From NCBI GenBank assembly GCA_963733195.1, contig CAVTCR010000062.1, positions 128,001 through 192,000 of the forward strand: a stretch of DNA of 64,000 nucleotides. The letters are read 5' to 3'. Below are positions 10,982 through 21,456 of this stretch, piece by piece (position 1 is the first letter of the stretch; each line of letters opens with the position of its first letter). Origin of the DNA: an uncultured delta proteobacterium (GTDB lineage: Bacteria > Desulfobacterota > Binatia > Bin18). The position numbers and the translations under genes are program-made. Under the pieces are notes generated by a model. It saw only the letters and a list, made by a program, of their open reading frames with translations. It was not told where the DNA came from and ran no database searches.

Positions 10982-11020
10982 GATGGTTTCTCCTTCTCAT
11001 CAGGATGGTCGACAGCAAGA

Positions 11021-11046
11021 AGGGCCGGCAACGCCGTGCCCCTACA
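11021..11046. repeat. GTAG REP downstream of RAYT
   Basis: agggccggcaacgccgtgcccctaca. Confidence 0.8.
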
Positions 11047-11065
11047 AATCCGGCGATGAATACAC

Positions 11066-11647
11066 CTAAGGCTTCCATACGAACGTATCCTTTTCATCAA
11101 TTCCTCTACGGGCTGGATTTTCCTGATCTAGATGCCATCGCATCGGATTCATAGCGATATAATCGCGGATATTTTCTAAGGCGTGATCGTTCCGGATGAT
11201 GTGTTCATAATAATTACGCTGCCAGACAGGAAAACCCGGCGTTTTTCGCAGCTCATTGATCCGTCTACTGGTGATCGATTTGAGCGAACGGATAATCGTA
11301 GGCAGTACCCCCATAATAGGCCTACCGAAGTCCCTTTTTTTGTAGGGGCACGGCGCTGCCGTGCCCGTATTCACATTCATAATAATCAATATACCATGCA
11401 GATGATTCGGCATGACAACAAAAACATCCAACTGCACGTACGGTCGAACAATATGAGTTTGTTCCCACTCTTCTTGCACAATACGGCCAGATTCGGACAG
11501 TACCATCGCTCCATCGGCCACTTCTCCGAATAGACATTCTCGTCCATACGTACAGACTGTTACGAAGTACGCTCCTGGTTGTGTATAATCGTAGGTTGGC
11601 AAACGGACCGAACGTCTATGATGTTTATCTGGATCGTAGCTCGTCAT
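11066..11647 (-). mobile_element. REP-associated tyrosine (Y1 HUH) transposase, RAYT
   Basis: RRSVRLPTYDY, YFVTVCT, VVMPNHLHGI (HUH), WQRNYYEHIIR, YIAMNP; flanked by REPs. Confidence 0.95.
11341..11369. repeat. GTAG REP inside the RAYT coding sequence
   Basis: tgtaggggcacggcgctgccgtgcccgta, translated as TGTAAPCPY. Confidence 0.88.
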
Positions 11648-11665
11648 TTAGGTCTTTCTTGTCCC

Positions 11666-11694
11666 GGAGGGCACGGCAGCGCCGTGCCCCTACA
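11666..11694. repeat. GTAG REP upstream of RAYT
   Basis: ggagggcacggcagcgccgtgcccctaca. Confidence 0.88.
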
Positions 11695-11716
11695 CGAACA
11701 ATCATTACCAAAATCT

Positions 11717-12533
11717 TTACGCGTCTTCATAGCGCGGCTCGCGCTTTTCGAGAAATGCGGCAATCCCTTCTTTTACATCGTTCGTGCGTGTCGTGAGAAT
11801 TTGATTGCGGTCTTCCATAGCGATGGCAGCTTCGAGCGTTGGAGCATCAACTGAATAGCGTAAACATTCTTTCGTCAGCCGCACGCCAAGCGGCGAGTTG
11901 CGCAAGATCTTCCGGGCCATGTCTTCTGCAGCACGATCTAGTTCAGCTTCTGGCACCACCCGAGAAACCAAACCAGTGGCTAGCGCCCGGTGAGCATCAA
12001 TAAAATCACCGGTCAGCAACAACTCTGATGCAATCGACGAACCAACAATGCGCGGCAGAAAATAACTCACCCCAACGTCACAAGCAGATAAACCAATACG
12101 AATAAACGCCGCATTCATGCGTGCTGTCTCACTGGCAATACGAATGTCACTTGCTAACGCTAAGGCAAATCCTCCGCCTGATGCTGGACCATTGACTGCA
12201 GCAATAAACGGCTGAGGCAAGCGATGAATTTTCATCGCCAGTTCGGCAATCCGCCGTTGGTCCCGCAGACCTTGAGCGACAGTCTCACGTCCACTAGCAG
12301 CGCTAGAGCCAGCGCTGGTTTCTTTCAAATCGAGTCCAGCACAGAACGCACGCCCTGCGCCACGCAGAATCACCACACGAATACTCTGATCATCGTGGAG
12401 CATGTTGAGCACGTCGTGTAACTCGTCCACAAGTTGACGGCTCAACGCATTGAGCGCCTGCGGGCGATTCAAGATCAGCCATAACAGACCGCCGTCACGG
12501 CGAAGGTCGAGGGTGTCGTATTGGATTGTTCAT
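11717..12533 (-). CDS. Enoyl-CoA hydratase/isomerase family, frameshift in the first codons
   Basis: LNRPQALNAL, AFCAGLDL, GPASGGGFALALASDIR, AFLEKR. Confidence 0.93.
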
Positions 12534-12554
12534 AGGCTTTCGTCTCCCAGCAAC

Positions 12555-13095
12555 TTATTCCTCTCTCATTGTAGAGAACAGAGCAAGCGCCTCGGCTTGG
12601 CTGTTGCTACTTCCGGCAATTCTGCTCTGCTCATAAGGGATCAGAAAGATGAGAAACCATCGGAGAAAAGCGGCTTTTAATCGACAGCAAGTTTCTCACC
12701 AAACCCGACAATGAATTTCAAATCAAAGGTTACAAAAAGATCAACCCTCGAAGACGGTCTCCCCGGATAGATCCGTTCCAAACGTTGCCAGCGACAGCAA
12801 GTGAGCGTCTTCTCGGCCAAAGCCAAAGTCCTGGTGTAATCGCCGCGCCCAGCGACGTTGATACTTGTGTGAATCAACCGTGCAGGAAAGGGCGTATTTG
12901 CTCGATTGCCAATAACGGTACCCGGCGGCGAAGTAGATTCCCGAGTTCAGGAGAGTAAAGAATTGTTCTGCAACCGAAACTGACAGGAGGACGCTGAGCG
13001 ATACGCTGTTAAGGAGTGAGAGGTCTGACTTCTGACGGATCTCCAGTAGCCTTCGGTTAACGCCTCATTATTCCTTTGTCGAGCAGTAACTGCAT
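12555..13095 (-). CDS. Putative PIN-like toxin, broken by several frameshifts (ends approximate)
   Basis: Stitched frames: MQLLLDKGIMRR..TEGYW, RRWARRLHQDFGFGREDAHLLSLATFGTD, FVTFDLKFI; acidic pattern LD..ED..TFD; overlaps the upstream gene. Confidence 0.6.
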
Positions 13096-13370
13096 CAGAG
13101 CGGATTTCTCTTTCAGAGAGCTGTAGTTTGTCAAGCTCCTCTTCGGACGCCCGAGTCCATAAAGCTTCTCGTTCTTCTTCCGACAAGTGAGAAATAATCT
13201 TCGGATGGCAGCCCGAACCACGTATCGTCTTCGGCCTTCCTCTCCTTCGTCATAAACTCTGCCAAGGCGCGATTGATGACCGAGTCGGGACTTTCATTAC
13301 TTGCCTCACAGTAGCGTAGAAGAATTTCCTTGAGGCTTTGCTCGATTTCTACAGTAAGTTGTTCGCCCAT
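13060..13370 (-). CDS. Putative RHH/CopG-like antitoxin, frameshifted (3' end approximate)
   Basis: MGEQLTVEIEQSLKEILLRYC..SPDSVINRALAEF, then acidic DYFSL|SEEEREALW. Confidence 0.6.
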
Positions 13371-13493
13371 ATCAACATGCCTTCTTTTTGATAAGGGTAT
13401 TCCATCTTTAGACAGTTTTCTATCTCTTCGTGCCTTTCCCGGCTTTTTTGCTCACCAGTTGGTCACTAGGGGTTTTCTTTCCTCCCTGTTTCT

Positions 13494-16400
13494 TTACTTT
13501 CTTTCCCTCCAACTCCTCCAACAACTCCTTCGCTTCTTGCAAGTCTTTCGTGTCGAAGCCTTCGTGAACCAGTTGTAAATCTCGGATAATACCGTGTGGG
13601 CTTCATGCTGCTTACCCTGAGATTGCCACAACCGCGCGAGACTCATCGTTGCGCGCAGTTCCAGCGATTTGGCTTGCTGTCTCCGTGAAACTTCCAGAGC
13701 CTTCGAAAACACGCCTCCGCCTCTGACTCTGGACTTGGGCATTAGACGTTGGACTGTCTTCGATTTTTGCCTTTTGATTTTTGCCTTTTGCTCTTTGATT
13801 TGCTTGTTGAAGCGTCAGTTCGCCTTTGAGGCGGTGCAGTTCGGCTTCCCAAAAACGCTCTCCAGTTTCGTCTACCACAGCCAGCGCTTCAGCTAGCATG
13901 ATCAGCCCTTCTTCAGCTTGCCCTAGTTTCCTTTACGCTTCGGCTAACAAGGCAAGACAGATACGGTCGCGACGATCTCTGCTCCCGTGGCCTGAAAGGC
14001 AGCCAAGCCCTGACGTATCTGCACAATTCCCTCCTCCCTTGTCCCTGCTCGGCCAGCGCCCAGCCCCGCATGATAGTTCCCCATGCCAGCAGAAGTGGAA
14101 ATCCCTGCTCGGTCGAAAGGCAATCGCTGCCTCTGCCTGCTCTTGGCTGCGTTTGTCTCTCCCGGCGGAACTGATGAAGTACAGCCCAAAGATCAGAGCA
14201 AAGCTCAGACTAAAGGGATGAGACAACTCTCTGGGCTAGAGTGAGCGCTTCGTGGTTCCTCTTCGAGGCTTGGTCCGGATAGCCAAGATACCACAAGGTC
14301 CAAGGGCTCGCGTAAGAGAGGCAGCACACTCCGGATCATGCCACGCAGTAAGAAAGCATGGAGAGTGGTACTGTCTGGGGATCATAGAGGGCAATACCTT
14401 GCTCCAGATGGTCTCGAGCGAGGATCAACTCTCCCAGATAGAAATAAAGTGTCTCCCAGCGCAAAGTGGGCCTCCAAGAAGAGAGCAGGGTCTTGTACGC
14501 TCTGGGCTAGGCCGAGAAGTTGCTCCCCCAGTTCGCGCGCTGTCTGCAATCTACCCGCACGCACAAGATAAAATGCCCATAGTCCCCACAGCACGGAGAA
14601 GAGCTGAGGGGTTTCCCCTAGCTGCTGGCACAGCTCCCGCGCTCGGGTGTAAACTCTTTCCACTTCCGGGGCGGCAAAGCCTCTTGGTGGCCATCAGAGC
14701 GAGCACCCAGGGCAAGTTGCAACGCAAGTTCTTGCTGGATACGTTCCGGGGTATCCGGCAGGGTCTTGAGTAACTCTAAGGCAGTGGTCAAGTGAGTGAT
14801 TGCTTCCGCATTCGCTGACCGTTGCACCGCCTGTTGCCCGGCAAGTTGCAGATAATCCACTGCCTTCTGCGTGTTTCCACTCCGAGTATAGTGATGAGGC
14901 AAGTTCGCTGTAGCGGTCTTCTAACCGATTGTGAAAAATCGTCTCGATCGCTTGGCAGCACGTTCATGTAACCCTTTGCGTCGCTCCACGAGCAAGGAGT
15001 TGTAGGCCACTTCTTGCGTGAGTGCATGCTTGAAGACGTAGTCTGGTTCTGGAAATGCGGGCTGTTCGTAGATAAATTCGGCGTCGCGTAGACGAGAAAG
15101 GCGTTGTTGCAAGGTGTCTTCGGATTGATCCACAACCTGTTTGAGCAGACCAAGAGAAAATTCTTTGCCGATGACCGCGAGCGTTTGCAGCAGTTCTTTT
15201 TCTTCCGGTGAGAGACGGTCGATGCGTGAGGCCAACACGGCTTGGACGGTGGCGGGAATGTGTAGATCGCGTTGCCGTAGGTTTTGGTGGGCGGCTGCGC
15301 CACCCTACGATGAGCGAACACACCCTGCTCGGCCAACTCCTGCACGATCTCTTCCATGAAGAAGGGATTGCCTTCGGTTTTGTCGAGAATGAAACGTTTC
15401 AGGTCTTGTAGGGGCGACTGCGCGCCGTCGCCCCTACTTTCTCTCCAACAACGCCGTTAGCATCTCTTCGGCTTCTTGCTTTCCCAACGGGTCCAGGCGC
15501 AGTTGCGTGTAGTAGGTCTTATTACCCCACTCATGTCGATACTCAGGGCGATAGTTCACCAGCAGCAAGATACTGCGCACTGGCGATACTCTCACTGAGC
15601 AGACTGAGAAACGCTTGGGTCTCGTTGTCCAGCCAGTGCAAATCTTCAAAAATCGAGAATCAGCGGCTGGTTGAGACTCTCACGGATCAACAACCGTTTG
15701 ATCGCTTCCAAGCGTCCGTTTGCGGCGAATCTGCGGGTCCATTTGCTGCAGTGACGAGGTCGGTTCGGCAATGCCCAACAGAAAAAACAGATACGGCAAA
15801 ATATCTTCCAGACTGCGATCAAGCGTGAGGACTTTGCCGGTGATCTTCTCGCGTCGTTTGCGCTCATCGTCCTGCAACGTCAAGCTGAAAATAGTTCTTC
15901 AACAGATCAATCAACGGCAAATACGGATAGGCTTTGCCGTGCGAAACAGAAAAGGTCTCCAAGATCAAGCAGCCACTCTGCGCAGCAAGTTTGAATTCAT
16001 GAAACAGCCGTGACTTGCCTACGCCCGGCTCACCCATCACTCCAGCGATTTGCCCATGCCCTGCTTTGGTTTGTTCCAACGCCTTCTGCAAAGTTTCCAA
16101 CTCACGCTGCCGCCCAATAAAACGCGCAAGGCCACGTCTCGCCGCCACTTGCAACTTGGTGCGCAACGGGCCTACACCAACAACTTCGTAAATTTTGATC
16201 GGTTCGCTTACTCCTTTGACCTGCGCCGCCCCCAGTGACTTGAACTCAAAGTATCCATCAGTGAGGCGATGCGTATGTTCGCTGACGACGATGGAGCCGG
16301 GCGTAGCAAGACTCTCCATGCGTGACGCTAGATTGGTGGAGTGGCCAATCGGCACGTAATCGGTATGCAGGTCATCTTTGCGAATTGAGCGCACCACTAC

Positions 16401-17034
16401 CTCACCGGTGTTGATACCGACCCGCAGTTGGAGGTTGATGCCTTTTTCCAGCCGCAATTTTTCCGCCTGTTTGCGGCCTTCCTCTTGCATCAGCAGTGCA
16501 GCGTAGAGCGCACGCTGAGCATGATCTTCGTGAGCAATGGGAGCACCAAAGAGAGCGAAGATGCCATCGCCCATCGACTGGGCAACATAGCCTTCATAGC
16601 GATGCACCGCATCCATCATTAACTTCAGCGCTGGGTCGACGATGTGTCGTGCCTCTTCGGGGTCGAGATCTTCAATCAGTGCAGTTGAGTCTTTGATGTC
16701 AGCAAACAACGCGGTGATGGTCTTGCGCTCGCCATCGGGAATACCGCGTGCCTCCATCGCTGCTTGTTCGGCAAGGATACGCTCAGCGAGATGTTTGGGC
16801 GTGTAGGTAATTGGGTACTGGGTGTTGGGGGCTAGGGGCTGGAGGAGGCCCTTGGACGTCTGGACCTTGGACTTTGGACTGCACCGCCAGGGGCGTTCCG
16901 CACTCGCCACAAAACTTGAACTTCGGCGGATTCTCAAACCCACACTGCGGACAGCGGCTCTTGAACGGCGTGCCACACTCACCGCAGAATTTCATGCCGT
17001 CGGGATTATCGTTGCCACAGCTTACGCACTGCAT
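13494..17034 (-). CDS. Double zinc ribbon + class III adenylate/guanylate cyclase + AAA ATPase + TPR protein, many frameshifts
   Basis: CVSC..FCGECG twice, ALFADIKDST, GDG, RVGINTG, NLASRME, GEPGVGKS, GNP, FKHAL, AELHRLKG, SLELRA. Confidence 0.92.
13723..13805 (-). repeat. Two heptamer arrays within the cyclase TPR region
   Basis: gcaaaag/gcaaaaa/tcaaaag units (QRAKGKNQKAKI) and agtccaa/agtccag-like units (SPTSNAQVQSQ). Confidence 0.8.
15286..15309. repeat. GTAG REP within the cyclase gene
   Basis: Reverse complement cgtagggtggcgcagccgcccacc. Confidence 0.75.
15407..15437. repeat. GTAG REP within the cyclase gene
   Basis: tgtaggggcgac-tgcgcgcc-gtcgcccctac, 11-bp stem. Confidence 0.88.
16811..16880 (-). 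repeat. Two heptamer arrays in the zinc-ribbon/cyclase linker
   Basis: agtccaa-agtccaa-ggtccag and agcccct-agccccc-aacaccc-agtaccc. Confidence 0.8.
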
Positions 17035-17044
17035 GCTTCCCCCT

Positions 17045-17815
17045 TCAAATCAAAGATCGAGATTGGCATCCATCCACGTTAACACACGCGCCGGAGACCC
17101 AGCGTGCACGGTCTGAGGCGAGAAACACCACCACATCGGCAATCTCGTCTACTGTTCCGAAACGACCGAACGGCAACTCGGCTTTTACGAAAGCGGCAAT
17201 AGCTTCTGGATTGTCCTTTTGCCGTTTCTCCCACGACCCTCCAGGAAAGAGGATTGAGCCCGGGGCAACGCTGTTGACGCGGATTCCTTGCGGTGCCAGT
17301 TCACGTGCCATTTCTTTGGACAGGCTAATCATCGCGGCCTTGGCTGCGTTGTAGGTCATCGGTCCACCCCATTCACGACCATAGACTGACGCAATGTTAA
17401 TCACACAGCCACTTTGCTGCACGCTCATCAGTGGCACAACGATACGACAGAGTTCCAGCGCAGAGAAGAAATTCAGATTGAAGCCGCCAAACCAATCTTC
17501 ACGCGAGGCGGTCAAGTTACCGCCTGGACGAGAGCCACCTGCGTTGTTGATAAGAATATCGACTTTGCCGAAGTGCTTTTGCGTTTCTCTGACCCAGCGG
17601 TGCGCATCACCTTCGTTCGTTACATCCCCAGCAATAGCAAGCGCTGCCGTGTTCTTCTGTTGTACTTCAAGCGCGACTTGATCGAGCGTGTCCTTGCCAC
17701 GCGCACAGAGGCTCAGGCAACAGCCTTCGGCTGCAAACCCCAGGGCGATTGCTCGTCCTATACCACGGCTCGCACCGCTCACCATGACCACTTTTCCTTT
17801 TAGTCCAAGGTCCAT
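17045..17815 (-). CDS. Short-chain dehydrogenase/reductase
   Basis: SGASRGIG, NNAG, YNAAK, VNSVAPG. Confidence 0.95.
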   Translation of the reverse strand: MDLGLKGKVVMVSGASRGIGRAIALGFAAEGCCLSLCARGKDTLDQVALEVQQKNTAALAIAGDVTNEGDAHRWVRETQKHFGKVDILINNAGGSRPGGNLTASREDWFGGFNLNFFSALELCRIVVPLMSVQQSGCVINIASVYGREWGGPMTYNAAKAAMISLSKEMARELAPQGIRVNSVAPGSILFPGGSWEKRQKDNPEAIAAFVKAELPFGRFGTVDEIADVVVFLASDRARWVSGACVNVDGCQSRSLI

Positions 17816-17834
17816 AATTCCTCCGCTTCACAAA

Positions 17835-17938
17835 GGGGGAAGAGGCGAAATGGCGAAGAGGGGAAATGGTGGGAAGAAAAATCTCTTTCTTCGACTTTCC
17901 TTTTCACCTTTTATCCGTTTCACCTTTTTCCCTTCTCC
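17835..17938. repeat. Inverted 8-nt-period repeat array between divergent genes
   Basis: agaggcga-aatggcga-agagggga-aatgg versus ttttcacc-ttttatcc-gtttcacc-tttttccc. Confidence 0.75.
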
Positions 17939-18030
17939 TGAATGCTTACAGCTATTACCTGATCGCCGCATCCCTTGCCAGGGTTATGAGGCTATGGCTA
18001 GATGGGGGGCTCTGTGGCGAAGGAGTACCT

Positions 18031-18753
18031 ATGCCTGATCATTTTGTGTTGGAAAAAGAAGGGCAGATTGCGACATTGACCTTCAATCGACCGGAGAAGC
18101 GGAATCCGCTTAACGAAGAAATCGTTCTCGAACTAGAGAATCTGCTCTATCAAGTCCGCGATGATAAAGACACTCGCGTACTGATTTTTACCGGTACTGG
18201 CAATACGTTTTCCGCTGGTGCTGATCTGTCACAGGTCAAAGGGATCACTGACCCAGCAGAGCGGCACCGCATATTCGCTCCACTGGGGAAACGACGCGTG
18301 CGCCTGATCGGGCGTGTGCTGCATACCTTAGTCAATCTTGAACAAGTCACCATCGCAGCAGTTAACGGCTACGCAGCAGGTGGAGGCTGGTCGTTGGCAC
18401 TCGCTTGCGATTTACGTATCGCTGTCGAAGAGGCAGAGTTCTGGTTTCCTGAAGTGGACTTAGGTGTTCCACTCAGCCCAGCCTCGACCTCCCTAGTACT
18501 GGCACACGTTGGGCCGGCGTTGGCAAAGGAGATCATCATCAGTTGTCGCCGTTTCAAGGCAGCGGAACTTCTCACTCTCGGCATGCTCAACCGTGTTGTA
18601 AAAAAAGCTGAGTTGATGCCAACGGTCCGTGAGTTAGCCCAGAGTGTGGCCGACAAAAAACCTTCAGCGGTCGCGATATCCAAAGCAACGATCAATACAC
18701 TGGCGATGGGTCAGTCGGTGCTGCGGACGGACATTTTTCTGGAAAGGGAATGA
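18031..18753 (+). CDS. Enoyl-CoA hydratase/isomerase family
   Basis: FNRPEKRN, FSAGADL, GGGWSLALACDLR, PEVDLG; AGGAG RBS. Confidence 0.93.
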   Translation: MPDHFVLEKEGQIATLTFNRPEKRNPLNEEIVLELENLLYQVRDDKDTRVLIFTGTGNTFSAGADLSQVKGITDPAERHRIFAPLGKRRVRLIGRVLHTLVNLEQVTIAAVNGYAAGGGWSLALACDLRIAVEEAEFWFPEVDLGVPLSPASTSLVLAHVGPALAKEIIISCRRFKAAELLTLGMLNRVVKKAELMPTVRELAQSVADKKPSAVAISKATINTLAMGQSVLRTDIFLERE

Positions 18754-20084
18754 TTATGGATTGGCAACAGGAATACAACCAACGCCTGACAACCGCCGAT
18801 ATTGCCGTGAAGGCCGTCAAATCTGGTGATCGTGTCGCAATTCCCGTGTACTCAAACCCGTCGCTTATTGCTGGTGCGCTGGCGAATCGACTCGATGAAT
18901 TAAAAGGCGTCACCATCCTGATCGGTGCCGCAGCCTCAGATTTGCCGTGGTACAAACCAGAAGCAGCCTCAGCTTTTATGATCGAGCCGTGGTACACGAG
19001 TCCGTACTTACCGAAACCGATTCGCCAGATGGTCAATGAGAGACGCAGCGACCATCGCGTGTGCCCAAGCGCGTTATTGAGTAAAGCTTTGGATGAAGGT
19101 CGCTCAGACACCCCTCTTCCAGATGTTGCATTGCTCGATGTTTCTCCACCGGATCACAATGGTTTTGTGAGTCTTGGCGCAGGGGTGTGGGATAAGAAAG
19201 AGTTGGTCAAATACGCCAAGATCTCGATTGCTGAGGTGAACAAGAGTTTCATCCGCACTGGTGGTGATAATTTCATCCACCTTAGTGAGATCGATCATTT
19301 TGTCGAGCTGCCAGGATCGGAAGAGTTTCGCCCACCGTTTCCAGACGTGGAACTCAGCGATACGGTCAAAAAGATTGCCGCGTTCGTTGCACCGTTAATT
19401 CGAGATGGCGATACGATCGAAGTCGGCGCCGGTAGTACTAGCGAAGCGATTGTCACTGCCGGTATCTTTTCTGGCCGGAATGACATGGGCTGGCATACCG
19501 AACGGATTCCGCGTGGCGGGGTTGCACTCGTACAGCAAGGGATTTTCAACGGGGCAAGGAAGACCCTGCATAAAGGAAAAGCCGTCGCAACCGCGGTTGC
19601 CTTTAGTCGTGAAGAACGTGACTTTGTTCACCAGAATCCGCACTTCGAGTTGTACGGTGTCGCCTATGTGAACCATCTTCGGACCATCGCGTCGCACGAT
19701 AATATGGTCGCGATCAACAACGCCTTGCGGGTTGATCTCACTGGGCAAGTGGTCGCCGATTCGTTTGGTCCGCAGATGTTCACCGGCACTGGGGGGCTAC
19801 CCGAGTATGCCATTGCTTCGGTGTACTCCAAGAATGGTCGCTCGATTGTCGTCCTGCCGTCAGTAACCTCAGATGGAAAGATCTCACGAATTGTGCCGTT
19901 GATCGAAGAAGGAAGTTTTATTACCTCGCCACGCCAGTTTACTGACTATGTCGTGACCGAGTACGGAGTTGCTCGTCTTTTTGGCAAGACACAACGTCGT
20001 CGCGCCGAAGAGCTGATCGCTATTGCCCACCCTGATTTTCGTCCGGAACTTGAGAAAGCCGCAAGGCGTGTATTCTGGCCATGA
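18750..20084 (+). CDS. Acetyl-CoA hydrolase/4-hydroxybutyrate CoA-transferase family
   Basis: SPPDHNG, IRDGDTIEVG, HTE, INNALRVDLTGQ, VVTEYG, IAHPDFR. Confidence 0.93.
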   Translation: MIMDWQQEYNQRLTTADIAVKAVKSGDRVAIPVYSNPSLIAGALANRLDELKGVTILIGAAASDLPWYKPEAASAFMIEPWYTSPYLPKPIRQMVNERRSDHRVCPSALLSKALDEGRSDTPLPDVALLDVSPPDHNGFVSLGAGVWDKKELVKYAKISIAEVNKSFIRTGGDNFIHLSEIDHFVELPGSEEFRPPFPDVELSDTVKKIAAFVAPLIRDGDTIEVGAGSTSEAIVTAGIFSGRNDMGWHTERIPRGGVALVQQGIFNGARKTLHKGKAVATAVAFSREERDFVHQNPHFELYGVAYVNHLRTIASHDNMVAINNALRVDLTGQVVADSFGPQMFTGTGGLPEYAIASVYSKNGRSIVVLPSVTSDGKISRIVPLIEEGSFITSPRQFTDYVVTEYGVARLFGKTQRRRAEELIAIAHPDFRPELEKAARRVFWP

Positions 20085-20102
20085 GAGGAGTTGAGAAGTA
20101 TC

Positions 20103-20155
20103 GCGTTTCACGCAACACGTAACACGTGATGCATAATGCGTGTTACGTGATCTCG
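20103..20155. repeat. Inverted heptamer array (cacgYaa / cgtgWta type)
   Basis: cacgcaa-cacgtaa-cacg versus cgtgatg-cataatg-cgtgtta-cgtgatc. Confidence 0.75.
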
Positions 20156-20193
20156 TACACAAACATGACGCGTTGTTAGAAGGGGTAAAGATT

Positions 20194-21348
20194 ATGGCAA
20201 ACAAAGAACAATGTCCCGAGATTCGTAGCGAGATTCGTAAGTTTTGCAGCAAGTATGGTGATGAATACTGGCGCAAACTCGACAAAGAAAACAAATATCC
20301 TGAACAGTTCGTAGACGAATTGACAGCAGCCGGGTGGCTCGGGGCGCTGATTCCTGAGCAGTACGGCGGCTCAGGTTTGTCGATGAAAGAAGCAAGCGTC
20401 ATCCTCGAAGAGATTAACCGTTCTGGTGGCAACTCTGCGGCCTGTCACGCCCAGATGTACATCATGGGCTCGTTATTGCGTCACGGTAGCGAGGAGCAAA
20501 AACGCAAGTACCTGCCCAAGATCGCGAAGGGAGAGGTTCGGCTGCAAGCCTTTGGCGTCACGGAGCCAGATGCGGGCTCTGACACGACTCATATCCGCAC
20601 GTTCGCGAAAAAGGACGGCGATTTCTACATCGTCAATGGAGGTAAGATTTTCACTTCGCGCGTACAGCATTCTGATATGTTGTTGCTTCTGGCGCGCACA
20701 ACCCCCTACGACAAGTGTGAAAAGAAAACCATGGGGATGAGCATCTTCCTGGTCGATCTCCGTGCTGCGGGGGACACCCTTGAAGTCCGACCGATCGATG
20801 CGATGATCAATCACGAAACCAATCAGTTATTCTTCCGCGATCTCAAAGTTCCCAAAGAGAATCTCATTGGCGAAGAAGGCAGAGGGTTTTATTATATTCT
20901 CGACGGCATGAACGCCGAACGGATCTTGGTCGCCTCTGAATCGATTGGCGATGGCCGTTGGTTTATCGACCGCGCGGTACGCTATGGCAAAGAGCGCGTG
21001 ATCTTTGGTCGGCCCATTGCTCAGAATCAAGGAATTCAATTCCCTATCGCGCAATCCTATGCGCAAATTGAAGCTGCTGACCTCATGCGTTTCCGCGCGG
21101 CTGAGATGTTCGATGCAGGTGAAGCGTGCGGTCCAGAGGCGAACATGGCAAAGTTGCTCTCTTCACAAGCTGCATGGGCGGCGGCAAACGCGGCACTCGA
21201 TACACACGGTGGCTATGGCTTCGCTGCTGAGTACGACGTTGAGCGGAAATTCCGCGAGTGCCGTCTGTTCTCCGTCGCACCGATCTCGAACAATATGGTA
21301 CTCAACTACGTTGCCGAGCATGTGTTGGGGATGCCGCGGTCGTACTAG
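20194..21348 (+). CDS. Acyl-CoA dehydrogenase
   Basis: PEQYGG, GVTEPDAGSD, NGGKIF, LIGEEGRG, FGRPI, HGGYGF. Confidence 0.96.
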   Translation: MANKEQCPEIRSEIRKFCSKYGDEYWRKLDKENKYPEQFVDELTAAGWLGALIPEQYGGSGLSMKEASVILEEINRSGGNSAACHAQMYIMGSLLRHGSEEQKRKYLPKIAKGEVRLQAFGVTEPDAGSDTTHIRTFAKKDGDFYIVNGGKIFTSRVQHSDMLLLLARTTPYDKCEKKTMGMSIFLVDLRAAGDTLEVRPIDAMINHETNQLFFRDLKVPKENLIGEEGRGFYYILDGMNAERILVASESIGDGRWFIDRAVRYGKERVIFGRPIAQNQGIQFPIAQSYAQIEAADLMRFRAAEMFDAGEACGPEANMAKLLSSQAAWAAANAALDTHGGYGFAAEYDVERKFRECRLFSVAPISNNMVLNYVAEHVLGMPRSY

Positions 21349-21423
21349 GGGTCGAGGGCCAGGGATCAAGGGACGGTTTCTTTCGCCTGTTTTACTGACC
21401 CCCGCCCCCGTCTCCTGGCCCCT
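21348..21423. repeat. Inverted heptamer array
   Basis: ggggtcg-agggcca-gggatca-aggga versus tgacccc-cgccccc-gtctcct-ggcccct. Confidence 0.7.
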
Positions 21424-21456
21424 TTTGCCGCTCACTACCAGAAAAGGAGGAAGTAA

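Noticed and set aside
13494-17034. Diversity-generating retroelement target
   Set aside because: No reverse transcriptase and no template/variable repeat pair in the window.
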